64,000 bases of DNA, taken from positions 1,785,112 through 1,849,111 of the forward strand of contig CBDCYH010000002.1 of assembly GCA_965224105.1 (NCBI GenBank). Reading direction: 5' to 3'. The notes below the pieces were generated by a model. It did not search any database. It had not been told where the DNA came from and worked only from the letters and a program-made list of their open reading frames with translations. Below, piece by piece: positions 49,258 to 58,624 of the stretch; the stretch's first letter is position 1, and each line of letters begins with the position of its first letter. Origin of the DNA: Rhodothermales bacterium. GTDB taxonomy: Bacteria > Bacteroidota > Rhodothermia > Rhodothermales > JABDKH01. The position numbers were made by a program, and so were the translations under genes.

Positions 49258-49979
49258 GTCGACGCGATCAGTTTGTGCATGCGGGATACGGAGTGGGGCA
49301 GACCTGCAAGGACAGCATCGGCGATGATTGCAAACCCAATCGATACCTCCTCCACATGAGGTACCGTCTTGAGGAATGGAGTGATGTTGCTGTAGTCCAG
49401 GCCGTGCCCGGCGTGAACGGTAAGTTCCAGCCCGTGAGCATACGCGGCGGCCTCCGCAAACATCTCTAATTGTTTTGCACGTTCCACTTCAGTGGCCGCG
49501 TTTGCGTAATCACCTGTATGTAGTTCGATTGCATTTGCACCGGCTTCTTTTGATGCCTGAATCTGATCGAGCACGGGGTCCACAAAGATTGCAACTTGCT
49601 CTATCTCCGCCGCTACCAAACGCTCCACAGTTGTTTCTACTATCGCACGGCGACTAACCACATCAAGTCCGCCCTCCGTTGTTACCTCTTCGCGTCGTTC
49701 CGGTACAAGCGTTGCAACATGCGGACACAGGGTGCAACACAACTCAACAATTTCCGGATTTGTCGAAAGCTCAAAATCAAGTCTACCGCGAACAACTTCT
49801 TTCAAGAGCTGCGCGTCCCGGTCTTTGATGTGGCGACGATCCTCACGCAAATGAAACACGATTCCGTCAGCACCCGCTGCCTCGCATAGAACGGCCGCAT
49901 GCACGGGGTCGGGGAATCTCTCCCGCCGGGCGTTCCGCAACGTCGCTACGTGGTCAATGTTGATAAGTAAATTCGTCAT
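49254..49979 (-). CDS. pdxJ: pyridoxine 5'-phosphate synthase
   Basis: MTNLLINIDHVATLRNAR...PDPVHAA...HLREDRRHI is the canonical PdxJ. The ORF-track start at 50036 adds a non-homologous extension. Confidence 0.9.
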   Translation of the reverse strand: MTNLLINIDHVATLRNARRERFPDPVHAAVLCEAAGADGIVFHLREDRRHIKDRDAQLLKEVVRGRLDFELSTNPEIVELCCTLCPHVATLVPERREEVTTEGGLDVVSRRAIVETTVERLVAAEIEQVAIFVDPVLDQIQASKEAGANAIELHTGDYANAATEVERAKQLEMFAEAAAYAHGLELTVHAGHGLDYSNITPFLKTVPHVEEVSIGFAIIADAVLAGLPHSVSRMHKLIAST

Positions 49980-50204
49980 ATTTGGGCCGCGTTTGCCAGC
50001 TACTATATGATTTGCGTGATGTCTTGAAAGATACACCCGGCGAGAGGAAACAATGCCAGTTGCTTTTCGGAATAGTGCATGGTATTTTCGAAAAATGGAC
50101 GTTTCGGACCCTCAGGCAGGGAACCGTCCACCCCTCCTGGCAGGCAGTAACCTTCCGTCTGTTGTCCAAGGGTAATTAGTTTTCAAACAGATAGAGGCTT
50201 CAGA

Positions 50205-50666
50205 ATGGCGTCGAACGGCCGCGGTTCACAAATCGGATTGCAGATTCTGCTGAGTTTAGTCATCATTGCGCTGGCATATTTTCTCTACCGCTCTATTACT
50301 GATCCATGGCAAGAGGTAAGGGAGCAGGAAAGGCTGACCGAAGAAACAAGAGCCCGGATGACGCAGATCCGAACCGCCCTCATCAGGTACGAAGGCGTGA
50401 ACGACAGGTACACAGCAGACCTCGACTCGCTGGTGATGTTCGTGAAGTCAGACAGTCTTCTGCGCGCAAGACCGGACAGCATCTTTGGAATCGGATTCGA
50501 CGCGGACCAGCTACCCATTTCACCCCGGACCGGTAACCGGTTCGTACTCGCGGTGAATGACACCGCACGCGTCAAGACGTATCTTCTCGAGGATCCCGAT
50601 TCCGACGACTTCATCGGCACACTCGCCGGTGATGTAACGCGGCTGAACGCCTCCAGCTGGGAGTAA
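50205..50666 (+). CDS. N-terminally anchored hypothetical protein (pseudopilin-like helix pattern, no prepilin motif)
   Basis: One TM helix (LQILLSLVIIALAYFLY) followed by RMTQIRTALIRYEGVNDRYTADLDSLV, reminiscent of the GspG/pilin alpha1-C plus 'Y..N.RYP..L..L' segment. No G/FTLIE cleavage motif. Confidence 0.5.
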   Translation: MASNGRGSQIGLQILLSLVIIALAYFLYRSITDPWQEVREQERLTEETRARMTQIRTALIRYEGVNDRYTADLDSLVMFVKSDSLLRARPDSIFGIGFDADQLPISPRTGNRFVLAVNDTARVKTYLLEDPDSDDFIGTLAGDVTRLNASSWE

Positions 50667-50686
50667 TCTATCACCACACATTTTGC

Positions 50687-51595
50687 ATGGAACCTTCCAA
50701 CGCCCAAGTCAGGGCTGGCGTCTTTTTCACCTCCTCGTCAATGCGTTACGCCGAGCTCGAAAGGCAAGGCGATAGTTCCAAACTTTTGCGTCTCGGCAGC
50801 TGCGATTTTTCATTCAATCCGCTAAACGAACTATCGGGACAGACAGACGAGAATCTGGCTAATCTCACGGATGCGGTGGCCGAGGTTTTTGTCAAGTCGC
50901 GCGCATCGCGAATCCACGTTTCCCTCCACCCCCGGTTGGCGAATTCGTTCTTTAGCCCGGTCGCGAATAGTCTGTCGCGCAAAGAAGCACGTCGCCAGAT
51001 TGCCGAGGAGGCAAGGTTGATCTATCCGGACAAGGGAGCGGCGGGAATAATCTCGCGGAAACTGGACAACGTGGTGGTGTCTGGTGGATCCAAACATGCA
51101 TGGGTGCACATCACGGCGGTTCCGTCTCTGGTTAGAAATAGGCTGCAACAGTTAATGCGCGGCTTATCCGACAAGGTGTGCGTCGGAATTCCTCTTGCCG
51201 AGTCGATCGTTCCACTGCTTTCCCATTCGCGCGAAGTGCGCACAGCAGCGTATGTCTTTCTCGTCGGATTGTTTGAGGGACGACTGGAACTGCTACTCTG
51301 CAAGCGGGGCAGATTGCACTATGCACAATCAATATCTTACACGGGTGCGCCCTCGGATGCGATCTATTGGGCAACCAGTCTTTGCCAACGGCTAAGAGTT
51401 AGCGCAAAGGATCTCGACGTAATCCACATGTTCGGCGAGAAGACGGATCGCACGGTTGAGAGACTGCTCGCAGGATCGTTTGAGGCGCAGGTGCAAGAAC
51501 TCGATCCACTGCGAGCTATCGTAGTAGACCCAGGACGCTTCTCCTCCGATTTCAATCACGGTGCCTTCGCTCCGTGTATCGGAGTTGCGATCTAG
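50687..51595 (+). CDS. hypothetical protein, possibly PilM/actin-like ATPase fold
   Basis: 302 aa. GVFFTSSSMRYAELERQG and VFLVGLFEGRLELLLCKRGRLHYAQSISYTG loosely follow the PilM phosphate-1 and second-domain patterns. Weak by-eye call. Confidence 0.45.
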   Translation: MEPSNAQVRAGVFFTSSSMRYAELERQGDSSKLLRLGSCDFSFNPLNELSGQTDENLANLTDAVAEVFVKSRASRIHVSLHPRLANSFFSPVANSLSRKEARRQIAEEARLIYPDKGAAGIISRKLDNVVVSGGSKHAWVHITAVPSLVRNRLQQLMRGLSDKVCVGIPLAESIVPLLSHSREVRTAAYVFLVGLFEGRLELLLCKRGRLHYAQSISYTGAPSDAIYWATSLCQRLRVSAKDLDVIHMFGEKTDRTVERLLAGSFEAQVQELDPLRAIVVDPGRFSSDFNHGAFAPCIGVAI

Positions 51596-51600
51596 TCACC

Positions 51601-52155
51601 ATGCGGATTATGGGCGGAACGCTCCGCGGGAGATCACTCACCATCCCATCCAGCAACGTTCGACCAACCACGGGCAGGTCGCGCGAGGCGATCTTCAGCA
51701 TGGCAAGCGCACGAATGGACTTCGACGGGGCCAGGGTCCTGGATCTCTTTGCTGGGTCCGGAGCATTGGGCCTGGAGGCTATAAGCAGAGGCGCTGCCAC
51801 TTGCACACTTGTCGATGTCTCCCCTGAATCGATCGATTGCATTGCTGAAAATGTTTCGGCTCTGGGCGTCGGGGATGAGTGTACAGTGGTAATGGACGAT
51901 GCAGAGCGATTTCTTCTCGACCAGGTGCTAGACTTTGACCTCGTTCTCGCCGATCCTCCATATGCGGCCGAACGACTGGATGTAATTGTGCATCTTGTTA
52001 TCGAAAAGAACCCAGCCGCACTATTCTTCCTCGAGCACTCAAGCGAATGGGACTTCTCAGAACATCCTTGCCTCGAAAAAGTGAAACGGTACGGACGGTC
52101 CCACGTCTCTCTCTTCGATGCGCGAGAATCAGCCGAACCGACGCAGGATGAATAG
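51601..52155 (+). CDS. rsmD: 16S rRNA (guanine966-N2)-methyltransferase
   Basis: MRIMGGTLRGRSLTIPSSNVRPTTGRSREAIFSM, SAM motif LDLFAGSGALGLEAISRG, catalytic DPPY. Confidence 0.85.
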   Translation: MRIMGGTLRGRSLTIPSSNVRPTTGRSREAIFSMASARMDFDGARVLDLFAGSGALGLEAISRGAATCTLVDVSPESIDCIAENVSALGVGDECTVVMDDAERFLLDQVLDFDLVLADPPYAAERLDVIVHLVIEKNPAALFFLEHSSEWDFSEHPCLEKVKRYGRSHVSLFDARESAEPTQDE

Positions 52156-52618
52156 AAAAATTGCCATATACCCGGGCTCCTTCGATCCCATCACTTTCGG
52201 CCACCTTGATCTTATCGAGCGCGCCTCTGGAATTTTCGAGCAGCTAGTTGTCGGCGTGGGGAACAGCGATTCAAAAAAATATCTACTACCCCTGAACGAT
52301 CGGCTGGCGCTGGTACAGCATTGTATCGAAGGGTTTCCAAATGTGAGCGTCCAAAAGATTGAGGGACTAACCGTTGATTCAGCTGCATCTGCCGGAGCGT
52401 CGATCATCGTGCGAGGCGTTCGTGATTCGGCTGATTATGCTTACGAATCGCGCATCGCCAGATCCAACCTCGCACTTGCACCGGATATTGAGACCATATT
52501 GATGATTCCATCCGACGCGGTTGCGCATATTAGTTCAACCATCGTCAGGGAAATCTACAAGTCCGGTGGTTCCATCGCATCCTTTGTACCAGCGCAGGTT
52601 GTAGACCATTTGCGGTGA
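52148..52618 (+). CDS. coaD: pantetheine-phosphate adenylyltransferase
   Basis: KIAIYPGSFDPITFGHLDLIERA... and ISSTIVREI are canonical CoaD. Overlaps rsmD by 8 nt. Confidence 0.9.
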   Translation: MNRKIAIYPGSFDPITFGHLDLIERASGIFEQLVVGVGNSDSKKYLLPLNDRLALVQHCIEGFPNVSVQKIEGLTVDSAASAGASIIVRGVRDSADYAYESRIARSNLALAPDIETILMIPSDAVAHISSTIVREIYKSGGSIASFVPAQVVDHLR

Positions 52619-52657
52619 TCATTCCGCGAAAACTCGTCAACTCGATGGTGCTCTCGA

Positions 52658-53917
52658 GTGCCACAAGTACGATATTGCAGGCCGACAACTAATCAACCCG
52701 TGCGTCCGTTGATACAGGAGCTACATCTAAACCCAAATGTCGCTCGCATGCAGCCTTCGGCAACGATGGCGATGACCGCGCGAGCGAAGCAGCTAAAGCG
52801 GCAGGGCCTTCCCATCATAGGTCTGAGTGCCGGGGAACCGGATTTCGATACCCCGCAGCCTATTCGCGACGCGGCAATAAGGGCAATACAGGACGGCTTC
52901 ACCCATTACACAGAAAACGTCGGGATACTGGAGTTGCGCGAAGCAATCTGCAAGGCGATGAGTGAAAACAGGGGGCTTGTGTTTTCTCCGGATCAGGTTG
53001 TTTGTTCGAACGGCGCCAAGCAATCCGTGGCGCTTGCTGTTGTCGCCCTAAGTGGTCCGGGGGATGAGGTGATTATCCCTGCACCGTATTGGGTAAGCTA
53101 TCCAGAGATGGCGAGACTGGCTGGTGCCGAACCTGTTATCGTTCCGACGACCGCGGATGACGGTTACCTGATGTCCGCAGCAGCTCTCGAGGCCGCTATC
53201 ACACCGTCAGCACGACTTCTCATCCTCTGCACGCCATCTAATCCAACCGGTGGCGTGTACTCGAAAGATCACCTTGCAGAACTTGTGGATGTTTTGGTCC
53301 GTCATCCGAATGTATTTGTTATTGCTGATGAGATCTATGAACACATTGTGTTCGACATCGATTTCACCTCGATCGGTACATTCGAAAGCGTGCGCGAACG
53401 AGTCGTGACAGTGAACGGATTTTCGAAAGGTTTCGCGATGACGGGATGGCGGTTAGGTTATCTCGCCGCCGAGAAAGAGATTGCCAGGGCGGCCGCAAAA
53501 ATACAAGGCCAGTTTACGTCTGCACCCTCAAGCATTTCGCAGAAAGCAGGCGTTGCAGCACTCGCCATGGATCATGTGCATGTTCAGCGGATGGTTAAAG
53601 AATTCAGGAAGCGCAGGGACTACTTAATGGACTGGTCATCCACCATTCCTGACATCGTCTGTCCCAAGCCAGACGGCGCGTTCTATGTTTTCCCCGAAGT
53701 ATCCGCTTACCTTGACAGCACCTCGCCGTCGGGACGAAACATTGTGTCCTCAACTGACTTGTGCATGTATTTGTTGGAAGAACATCATGTGGCATTAGTA
53801 GCCGGAGACGGATTCGGATTTCCGAACGGATTACGGATTTCCTACGCTGCCTCCATGAGCGACCTGAAAGAAGCCACCAAAAGAATCTCTTCCGGATTGT
53901 CAGAACTGCGAAAGTAG
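52658..53917 (+). CDS. class I pyridoxal-phosphate aminotransferase (aspartate aminotransferase-like)
   Basis: SATMAMTARAKQLKRQGLPIIGLSAGEPDFDTP, NPTG, and the PLP-lysine region NGFSKGFAMTGWRLGY. The true start is probably the TTG at 52709 (MIQELHLNPNV). Confidence 0.9.
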   Translation: MPQVRYCRPTTNQPVRPLIQELHLNPNVARMQPSATMAMTARAKQLKRQGLPIIGLSAGEPDFDTPQPIRDAAIRAIQDGFTHYTENVGILELREAICKAMSENRGLVFSPDQVVCSNGAKQSVALAVVALSGPGDEVIIPAPYWVSYPEMARLAGAEPVIVPTTADDGYLMSAAALEAAITPSARLLILCTPSNPTGGVYSKDHLAELVDVLVRHPNVFVIADEIYEHIVFDIDFTSIGTFESVRERVVTVNGFSKGFAMTGWRLGYLAAEKEIARAAAKIQGQFTSAPSSISQKAGVAALAMDHVHVQRMVKEFRKRRDYLMDWSSTIPDIVCPKPDGAFYVFPEVSAYLDSTSPSGRNIVSSTDLCMYLLEEHHVALVAGDGFGFPNGLRISYAASMSDLKEATKRISSGLSELRK

Positions 53918-53927
53918 TAAACCTCGC

Positions 53928-55115
53928 ATGGAGCCGAATACCCTCGAAATTGAAAGTCCGGAGCCGTTGCCCAGGCCACCAACGGTGAAAGACCGGTACT
54001 GGCTGCATGCACTGCTTTTCATTTTAACCTTGATCAGCACCACTGTTACGTGGGTCTTGTGGTCGCCGAAGGTGTCGACGTGGGCGTCTTTTTTCCAGGG
54101 TCCAGAATTGATTACGGGGATGTTGTTCGCCATCTGTCTGATAGGTTTTTTGACGGTTCATGAGTTCGGGCACTACTTCGCGGCAAAACATCACCGCATC
54201 AGTGCCTCCCTGCCATACTTCATCCCCCTGCCATTCCTTGCCATCGGGACACTCGGTGCTGTAATTAGTATCCGTGAACCGTTACCCGACAAGACTCGGT
54301 TGTTGGACATCGGTGCCGCCGGACCGCTTGCCGGTTTTGCTGTTGCGCTGGTTCTGACGCTTGTGGCTTTCACAACCATGCCAGGTCCTGAGGCAGTTCT
54401 GGAGTACGAAGGTCACTACGAGATCAAAGAACACATCACCGAGTTTGGGACCTACCCTGATGAGATGCCAGAAAGCCAGGTAGGTGCTCCTGTAGTCGGG
54501 AACACGATCTTGTTCTGGGCGATGACGCACCTGTTTCCGAATACCCCGCCACCCTACGAGTTGTATCACGACCCATTGCTATTTAGCGCGTGGCTGGCAT
54601 TGTTCTTTACCGCGCTAAACTTGTTGCCCGTGGGCCAGCTCGACGGTGGGCATATCACGTATGCGCTCTTTGGGGCTAAGTGGCACGGCCGAATCGCGCG
54701 TGCCTTTATAATCTTGCTACTCACATCGGCGGCCGTTGGAGTTGTCAACGGATCGGAAGAAGTATTGCTACCCTACCTGGAAAACAACGGCCCGATAGTT
54801 TGGATTTGTCTGTCGCTTGTGTTGTACCTGTTCATGCGGAAGGTGCATCCGCGCAAACCACCGACTCAGTTGCTTAACGTGATAGGTATTATTGCGTTCG
54901 CTGCACTTTCCCCGAGAATGGGCTCCTTCGCTATGGCCATCGGCCATTCCGGATGGTTGATCTGGTCTCTGCTACTCGTTTTAGTTATTAAAATCGATCA
55001 CCCACCTGTTTTTAGGCCCGGCGAACTATCAAGAGGTCGGCAACTGGTGGCGATACTGTGCATTCTGATTTTTTTCCTTTGCTTCAGCGTACGCCCGTTC
55101 TATCTGGCTACCTGA
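53928..55115 (+). CDS. site-2 protease family (M50) membrane metalloprotease
   Basis: HEFGHYFAAKHH zinc motif in a TM helix, NLLPVGQLDGGH second motif, polytopic. Confidence 0.8.
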   Translation: MEPNTLEIESPEPLPRPPTVKDRYWLHALLFILTLISTTVTWVLWSPKVSTWASFFQGPELITGMLFAICLIGFLTVHEFGHYFAAKHHRISASLPYFIPLPFLAIGTLGAVISIREPLPDKTRLLDIGAAGPLAGFAVALVLTLVAFTTMPGPEAVLEYEGHYEIKEHITEFGTYPDEMPESQVGAPVVGNTILFWAMTHLFPNTPPPYELYHDPLLFSAWLALFFTALNLLPVGQLDGGHITYALFGAKWHGRIARAFIILLLTSAAVGVVNGSEEVLLPYLENNGPIVWICLSLVLYLFMRKVHPRKPPTQLLNVIGIIAFAALSPRMGSFAMAIGHSGWLIWSLLLVLVIKIDHPPVFRPGELSRGRQLVAILCILIFFLCFSVRPFYLAT

Positions 55116-55239
55116 TGCCCGCGTATTCTGATTTCAACGTGCGTAGGAACTTTGAGAGGCCCGGATCTTTCATGTTGCCACGCTCACAGCCGAACATTCT
55201 ATAGATCACCGCTACACAACCACCTGCCATTCTATTCTC

Positions 55240-56043
55240 GTGTTGACGGTGTTGATTAGATCTCGGTTTAAACATGCACATGCCCTGGGGACAATTGCCG
55301 TAATTGGCATGTTGTCGCTAACCGCCTGCGACGAGCTACCAGAAAACAGCGAGTTTACAGGCTCACCTCCGGTCCTTTCCGGATTTGTATTCACACCAGA
55401 TTTTGTTGATCTCACTGTCGCTGACAAGAATGTCGATGGCGACGCGGTAATAACATTAGTTGCCTCTGTCTCGGTCAACGATCCTGATGTGGATTTGGAC
55501 AAAGTAGTACTGACCATTACCTCACCGTTGCTGGACAAGGGAGTAATTGTTTCATCGGAATTGGTTAGTGCCACCGGATCGCAATTCAGCATTAGCGAAG
55601 AGGTTGTTCTACCTGCCGCGGAACTTGGAATCTATACGGTGCGCATTGTTGGATACGATAATGCAGCAAACCTGAGCAATCAGGTTCGCGGAAATCTGCT
55701 TTTCACATCGACGACGGGATCGGCGCCCTCGATCGACAACTTCGAGGCTTTCCCCGAAACGATCACCCCACCGGGTACGCTGGTAATGGTGGCGACGGCA
55801 TCAGACCCAGACGGGCTTGCAAACATTCTAAGTGTGCTCATCACGACCCCAAATAATCAGGAATTTGAAATGTTTGATGATGGGGTTTCAAGCGGCGACG
55901 CGACCGCGGGTGACGGAAGATTCACTGCAACTTTTGACGTCCCTGCTGGCGTCGCTCCCGGCGTTCAGACTTTCTCTGTCAAGGCTGTCGACCGATCTGG
56001 ACTCGAGAGCAATGTTGTGGAAAAAGACGTCACGATCCAATGA
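55240..56043 (+). CDS. lipoprotein with two Ig-like/beta-sandwich repeats
   Basis: GTG/TTG start region and lipobox LSLTAC. Two related ~105-aa segments (GSPPVLSGFVFTP... and GSAPSIDNFEAFP...), each ending in a V-x-V/I-x-D/YD-x-A/SG-L-x-SN pattern. Confidence 0.6.
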   Translation: MLTVLIRSRFKHAHALGTIAVIGMLSLTACDELPENSEFTGSPPVLSGFVFTPDFVDLTVADKNVDGDAVITLVASVSVNDPDVDLDKVVLTITSPLLDKGVIVSSELVSATGSQFSISEEVVLPAAELGIYTVRIVGYDNAANLSNQVRGNLLFTSTTGSAPSIDNFEAFPETITPPGTLVMVATASDPDGLANILSVLITTPNNQEFEMFDDGVSSGDATAGDGRFTATFDVPAGVAPGVQTFSVKAVDRSGLESNVVEKDVTIQ

Positions 56044-57593
56044 TGCGGATGCGGATATGCTCCTACATAGTATTGTTTTTCGGATGTGTCTCCTTGTCGA
56101 GCGCGCAGTCGTTCGATCTGGCAAAAAAAGCGTCGCGACCGCTGGTTGTTGTTGATGGGATTTCAAGCAATAGCGTTACCAATCTCCACGCGGAGGATAA
56201 CGAGCTGTGGGTTGGACCCTTCCTGAACGTCACGGATGATGGCGGATCGACCTGGAGATCCAGCGATGCGGACTCCATCGTGTCTGGCCGCAACCGGGTC
56301 TTCTCATTGGACATTGAAAACGACGTGGTCTGGGTCGGATTGGGCTACATCGACGATCCTGATGGCGAGGCGGTTCAGAGCGCCGCTGGCTTTCTGTTTT
56401 CCACGGATGGCGGCGAGACATTTTCATATCGCATCAGCCAGCTAGACAAACCCGGTGACACGACGCAGGTTTATGGTGTTTCCACACTTTCGGCCCTGGA
56501 CGTAATCGTTCCGCAACAGAGTCCGCCGTTTGATATCGACTACGATCCGGTACGCGATGAAGTTTGGGTTGCCGGTTGGGCGAGCGGTGTTCGCAAATCG
56601 GTTGACAACGGCGCAACGTGGCAGCGCGTGGTCCTGCCGCCCGATACCCTCGACTCGATCGAACCGTCAATTCCGTACGATTTTCGCATCGAACCGCGAC
56701 GCGGATTGCTCGGATGGCTCAATCATATGGGATTCTCCGTTCTAGTCGACGAATTTGGAACCGTTTGGGCCGGCACACCCGGAGGCGTCAACCGCTCCAC
56801 CGATGGCGGGGTTAGCTGGCAAAAGTTCAAGGCCGACGGTACGCCCAATAGCCTCACCGGCAATTGGGTTGTCTCCATCGAAGAACAGGAGTTGCCAGAC
56901 ACCAACGCCGTCTGGATGGCGACCTGGAATGCGGCTGAGGTAGGCGAAATTGGGCAGTTCGGAGTAACTGTTACCAGGAATCAAGGTCGCACGTTTGAAG
57001 CGGTACTTATTGGCGAGCAGATACTCGATTTTGCTTTCGACGGGGAAACTGCCTACGCTGCTGGTGATAACGGTCTCTTCATTACCGATGATGGGGGGAA
57101 AACGTGGCGAACGGTGCGTTCTTTTGTGGATCCATCTCAACTGGATCGAACCGTGCGACCGGATGCCCGAGTTTTTTCTGTTGCGGTAACTGATGATGCC
57201 CTTTGGGTAGGAACATCAGACGGGCTCTTGAAAAGTGTTGACGGAGGTGCGTCCTGGAACCTGTTTCGAGTTGAAGTGCCGCTCGACCCGGACGATGGCT
57301 CGACCCCTTCGGTTGAAACGTTTGCGTACCCCAATCCATTCTCGCCGGACGTACATCGGTTCATTCGGATTCGCTACGAGCAGGAAACTGCCGGTGATGC
57401 TGAGCTGCGGATTTTCTCTTACGGGATGGAGCTTGAAAAAACGATTAGCCGAAGTGGCCAAAGTGCTGGACTAAGGGAAATTGTATGGGATGGGACCAGT
57501 GAAGGTGGGGTGCGATTACCCAGCGGTGTATACTTCTATCAGATTAAAACTTCCGGCGGTACCAGGCGAGGAAAAATTCTGCTAATCGAATGA
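56040..57593 (+). CDS. BNR/Asp-box beta-propeller protein with T9SS/FlgD-Ig-like C-terminal sorting domain
   Basis: Signal peptide. Seven Asp-box-like repeats (TDDGGSTW, STDGGETF, SVDNGATW, STDGGVSW, TRNQGRTF, TDDGGKTW, SVDGGASW). C-terminus FAYPNPFSP...LPSGVYFYQIKTSGGTRRGKILLIE. ATGA overlap with the upstream gene. Confidence 0.75.
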   Translation: MMRMRICSYIVLFFGCVSLSSAQSFDLAKKASRPLVVVDGISSNSVTNLHAEDNELWVGPFLNVTDDGGSTWRSSDADSIVSGRNRVFSLDIENDVVWVGLGYIDDPDGEAVQSAAGFLFSTDGGETFSYRISQLDKPGDTTQVYGVSTLSALDVIVPQQSPPFDIDYDPVRDEVWVAGWASGVRKSVDNGATWQRVVLPPDTLDSIEPSIPYDFRIEPRRGLLGWLNHMGFSVLVDEFGTVWAGTPGGVNRSTDGGVSWQKFKADGTPNSLTGNWVVSIEEQELPDTNAVWMATWNAAEVGEIGQFGVTVTRNQGRTFEAVLIGEQILDFAFDGETAYAAGDNGLFITDDGGKTWRTVRSFVDPSQLDRTVRPDARVFSVAVTDDALWVGTSDGLLKSVDGGASWNLFRVEVPLDPDDGSTPSVETFAYPNPFSPDVHRFIRIRYEQETAGDAELRIFSYGMELEKTISRSGQSAGLREIVWDGTSEGGVRLPSGVYFYQIKTSGGTRRGKILLIE

Positions 57594-58624
57594 TGCTGCG
57601 GATGAAAAATATCATCCCGATCGTTGCAGCGATCGTGCTCATCTTAGGCGCGCCATCGATCGCGTATGCTCAGGCAGAGTTCTCGAGGATGGGTTTCGGG
57701 GCTTATGGTCTTGCCATGTCCAATGCGATGGCAGCGGAAACGTCGGGCGCGACGAGTCCTTATTACAACCCGGCGCTAACGCCATTTGCAACAGGTCAGA
57801 GTTTGGAGGCGTCGGTTGCGCTGATGCGTTTTGACAGACAACTTCAGTTCTTGCAATTCTCGGCACCGCTGAAGCCGCGCGCAGGGATTGCAGTAGGCTT
57901 GGTGCATGGCACCGTTGGCAAGATTGATGGCCGCGACAACTCCGGTTTTCACACGGGGTTCAGGTCCACGAGCGAGTTTGCATTTTTTCTTTCGTTTGGG
58001 TTGCGGTTCAGCGAGCGCGTTACCGGAGGACTGTCGTTGCAGTTGTTCCGATCGGATCTTGCGGATGAGATTAACGCAGCGGCCAGCGTCGGTATTGACG
58101 TTGGGCTCACCGCGCGTATCACAGAGAGCCTAGTCGCTGCAATGGTAGTTGATGATTTACTCGGGTCCTACGATTGGGATACGGCGGCCCTGTTCGGAGA
58201 GGGTGGACAGGCCAGCGAGGATAAATTTCCGTCGAGATACCGACTCGGCCTTGCATATGACGTGCCTGGACAACCACTCACTGTGACGGGCGAATATGAA
58301 ATACGTGTCGACAAGCGCGAGGCGCGATCAAGGGAAATTGAGCTCCTCAACGGAGTGCCGACAGAAATAACCGAAGCAACATCAGTTAGCCTGTTTCACG
58401 CATTGGCCAGATTCGGAAGCGAATACCGGTTCAATGAGTTAATATCTCTGCGTGCTGGTGTGGACCAACTGCGCACTGCGACACCCGGGGCTGTGAGGCC
58501 GTCGTTTGGTGTCGCGGTTCAAGAGGACGTTGGTTCTCTTCGGGTTGGAGGGGAGTACACGTTCGCTCTGGAGTCGTTCGGCGTTGGCGCAATGCATGTC
58601 ATTTCACTCAAGCTATTTCTGTAA
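57590..58624 (+). CDS. PorV/PorQ-like outer-membrane beta-barrel protein (divergent)
   Basis: Signal peptide ...SIAYAQ. MGFGAYGLAMSNAMAAE...SPYYNPAL N-terminal motif; ends ...VISLKLFL. ATGA overlap with the upstream gene. Confidence 0.6.
   Translation: MMLRMKNIIPIVAAIVLILGAPSIAYAQAEFSRMGFGAYGLAMSNAMAAETSGATSPYYNPALTPFATGQSLEASVALMRFDRQLQFLQFSAPLKPRAGIAVGLVHGTVGKIDGRDNSGFHTGFRSTSEFAFFLSFGLRFSERVTGGLSLQLFRSDLADEINAAASVGIDVGLTARITESLVAAMVVDDLLGSYDWDTAALFGEGGQASEDKFPSRYRLGLAYDVPGQPLTVTGEYEIRVDKREARSREIELLNGVPTEITEATSVSLFHALARFGSEYRFNELISLRAGVDQLRTATPGAVRPSFGVAVQEDVGSLRVGGEYTFALESFGVGAMHVISLKLFL

Noticed and set aside
49980-50204. 225-nt pdxJ upstream gap with a 65-aa ORF (49982..50179) and GGAAGG/CAGGCAG-containing sequence that I checked as a possible SRP (4.5S) RNA
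   Set aside because: Neither strand reproduces the conserved SRP domain IV pattern (GGAA tetraloop closed by C-G pairs with flanking symmetric-loop bases). The small ORF has no support. The region is adequately explained as a divergent promoter region.
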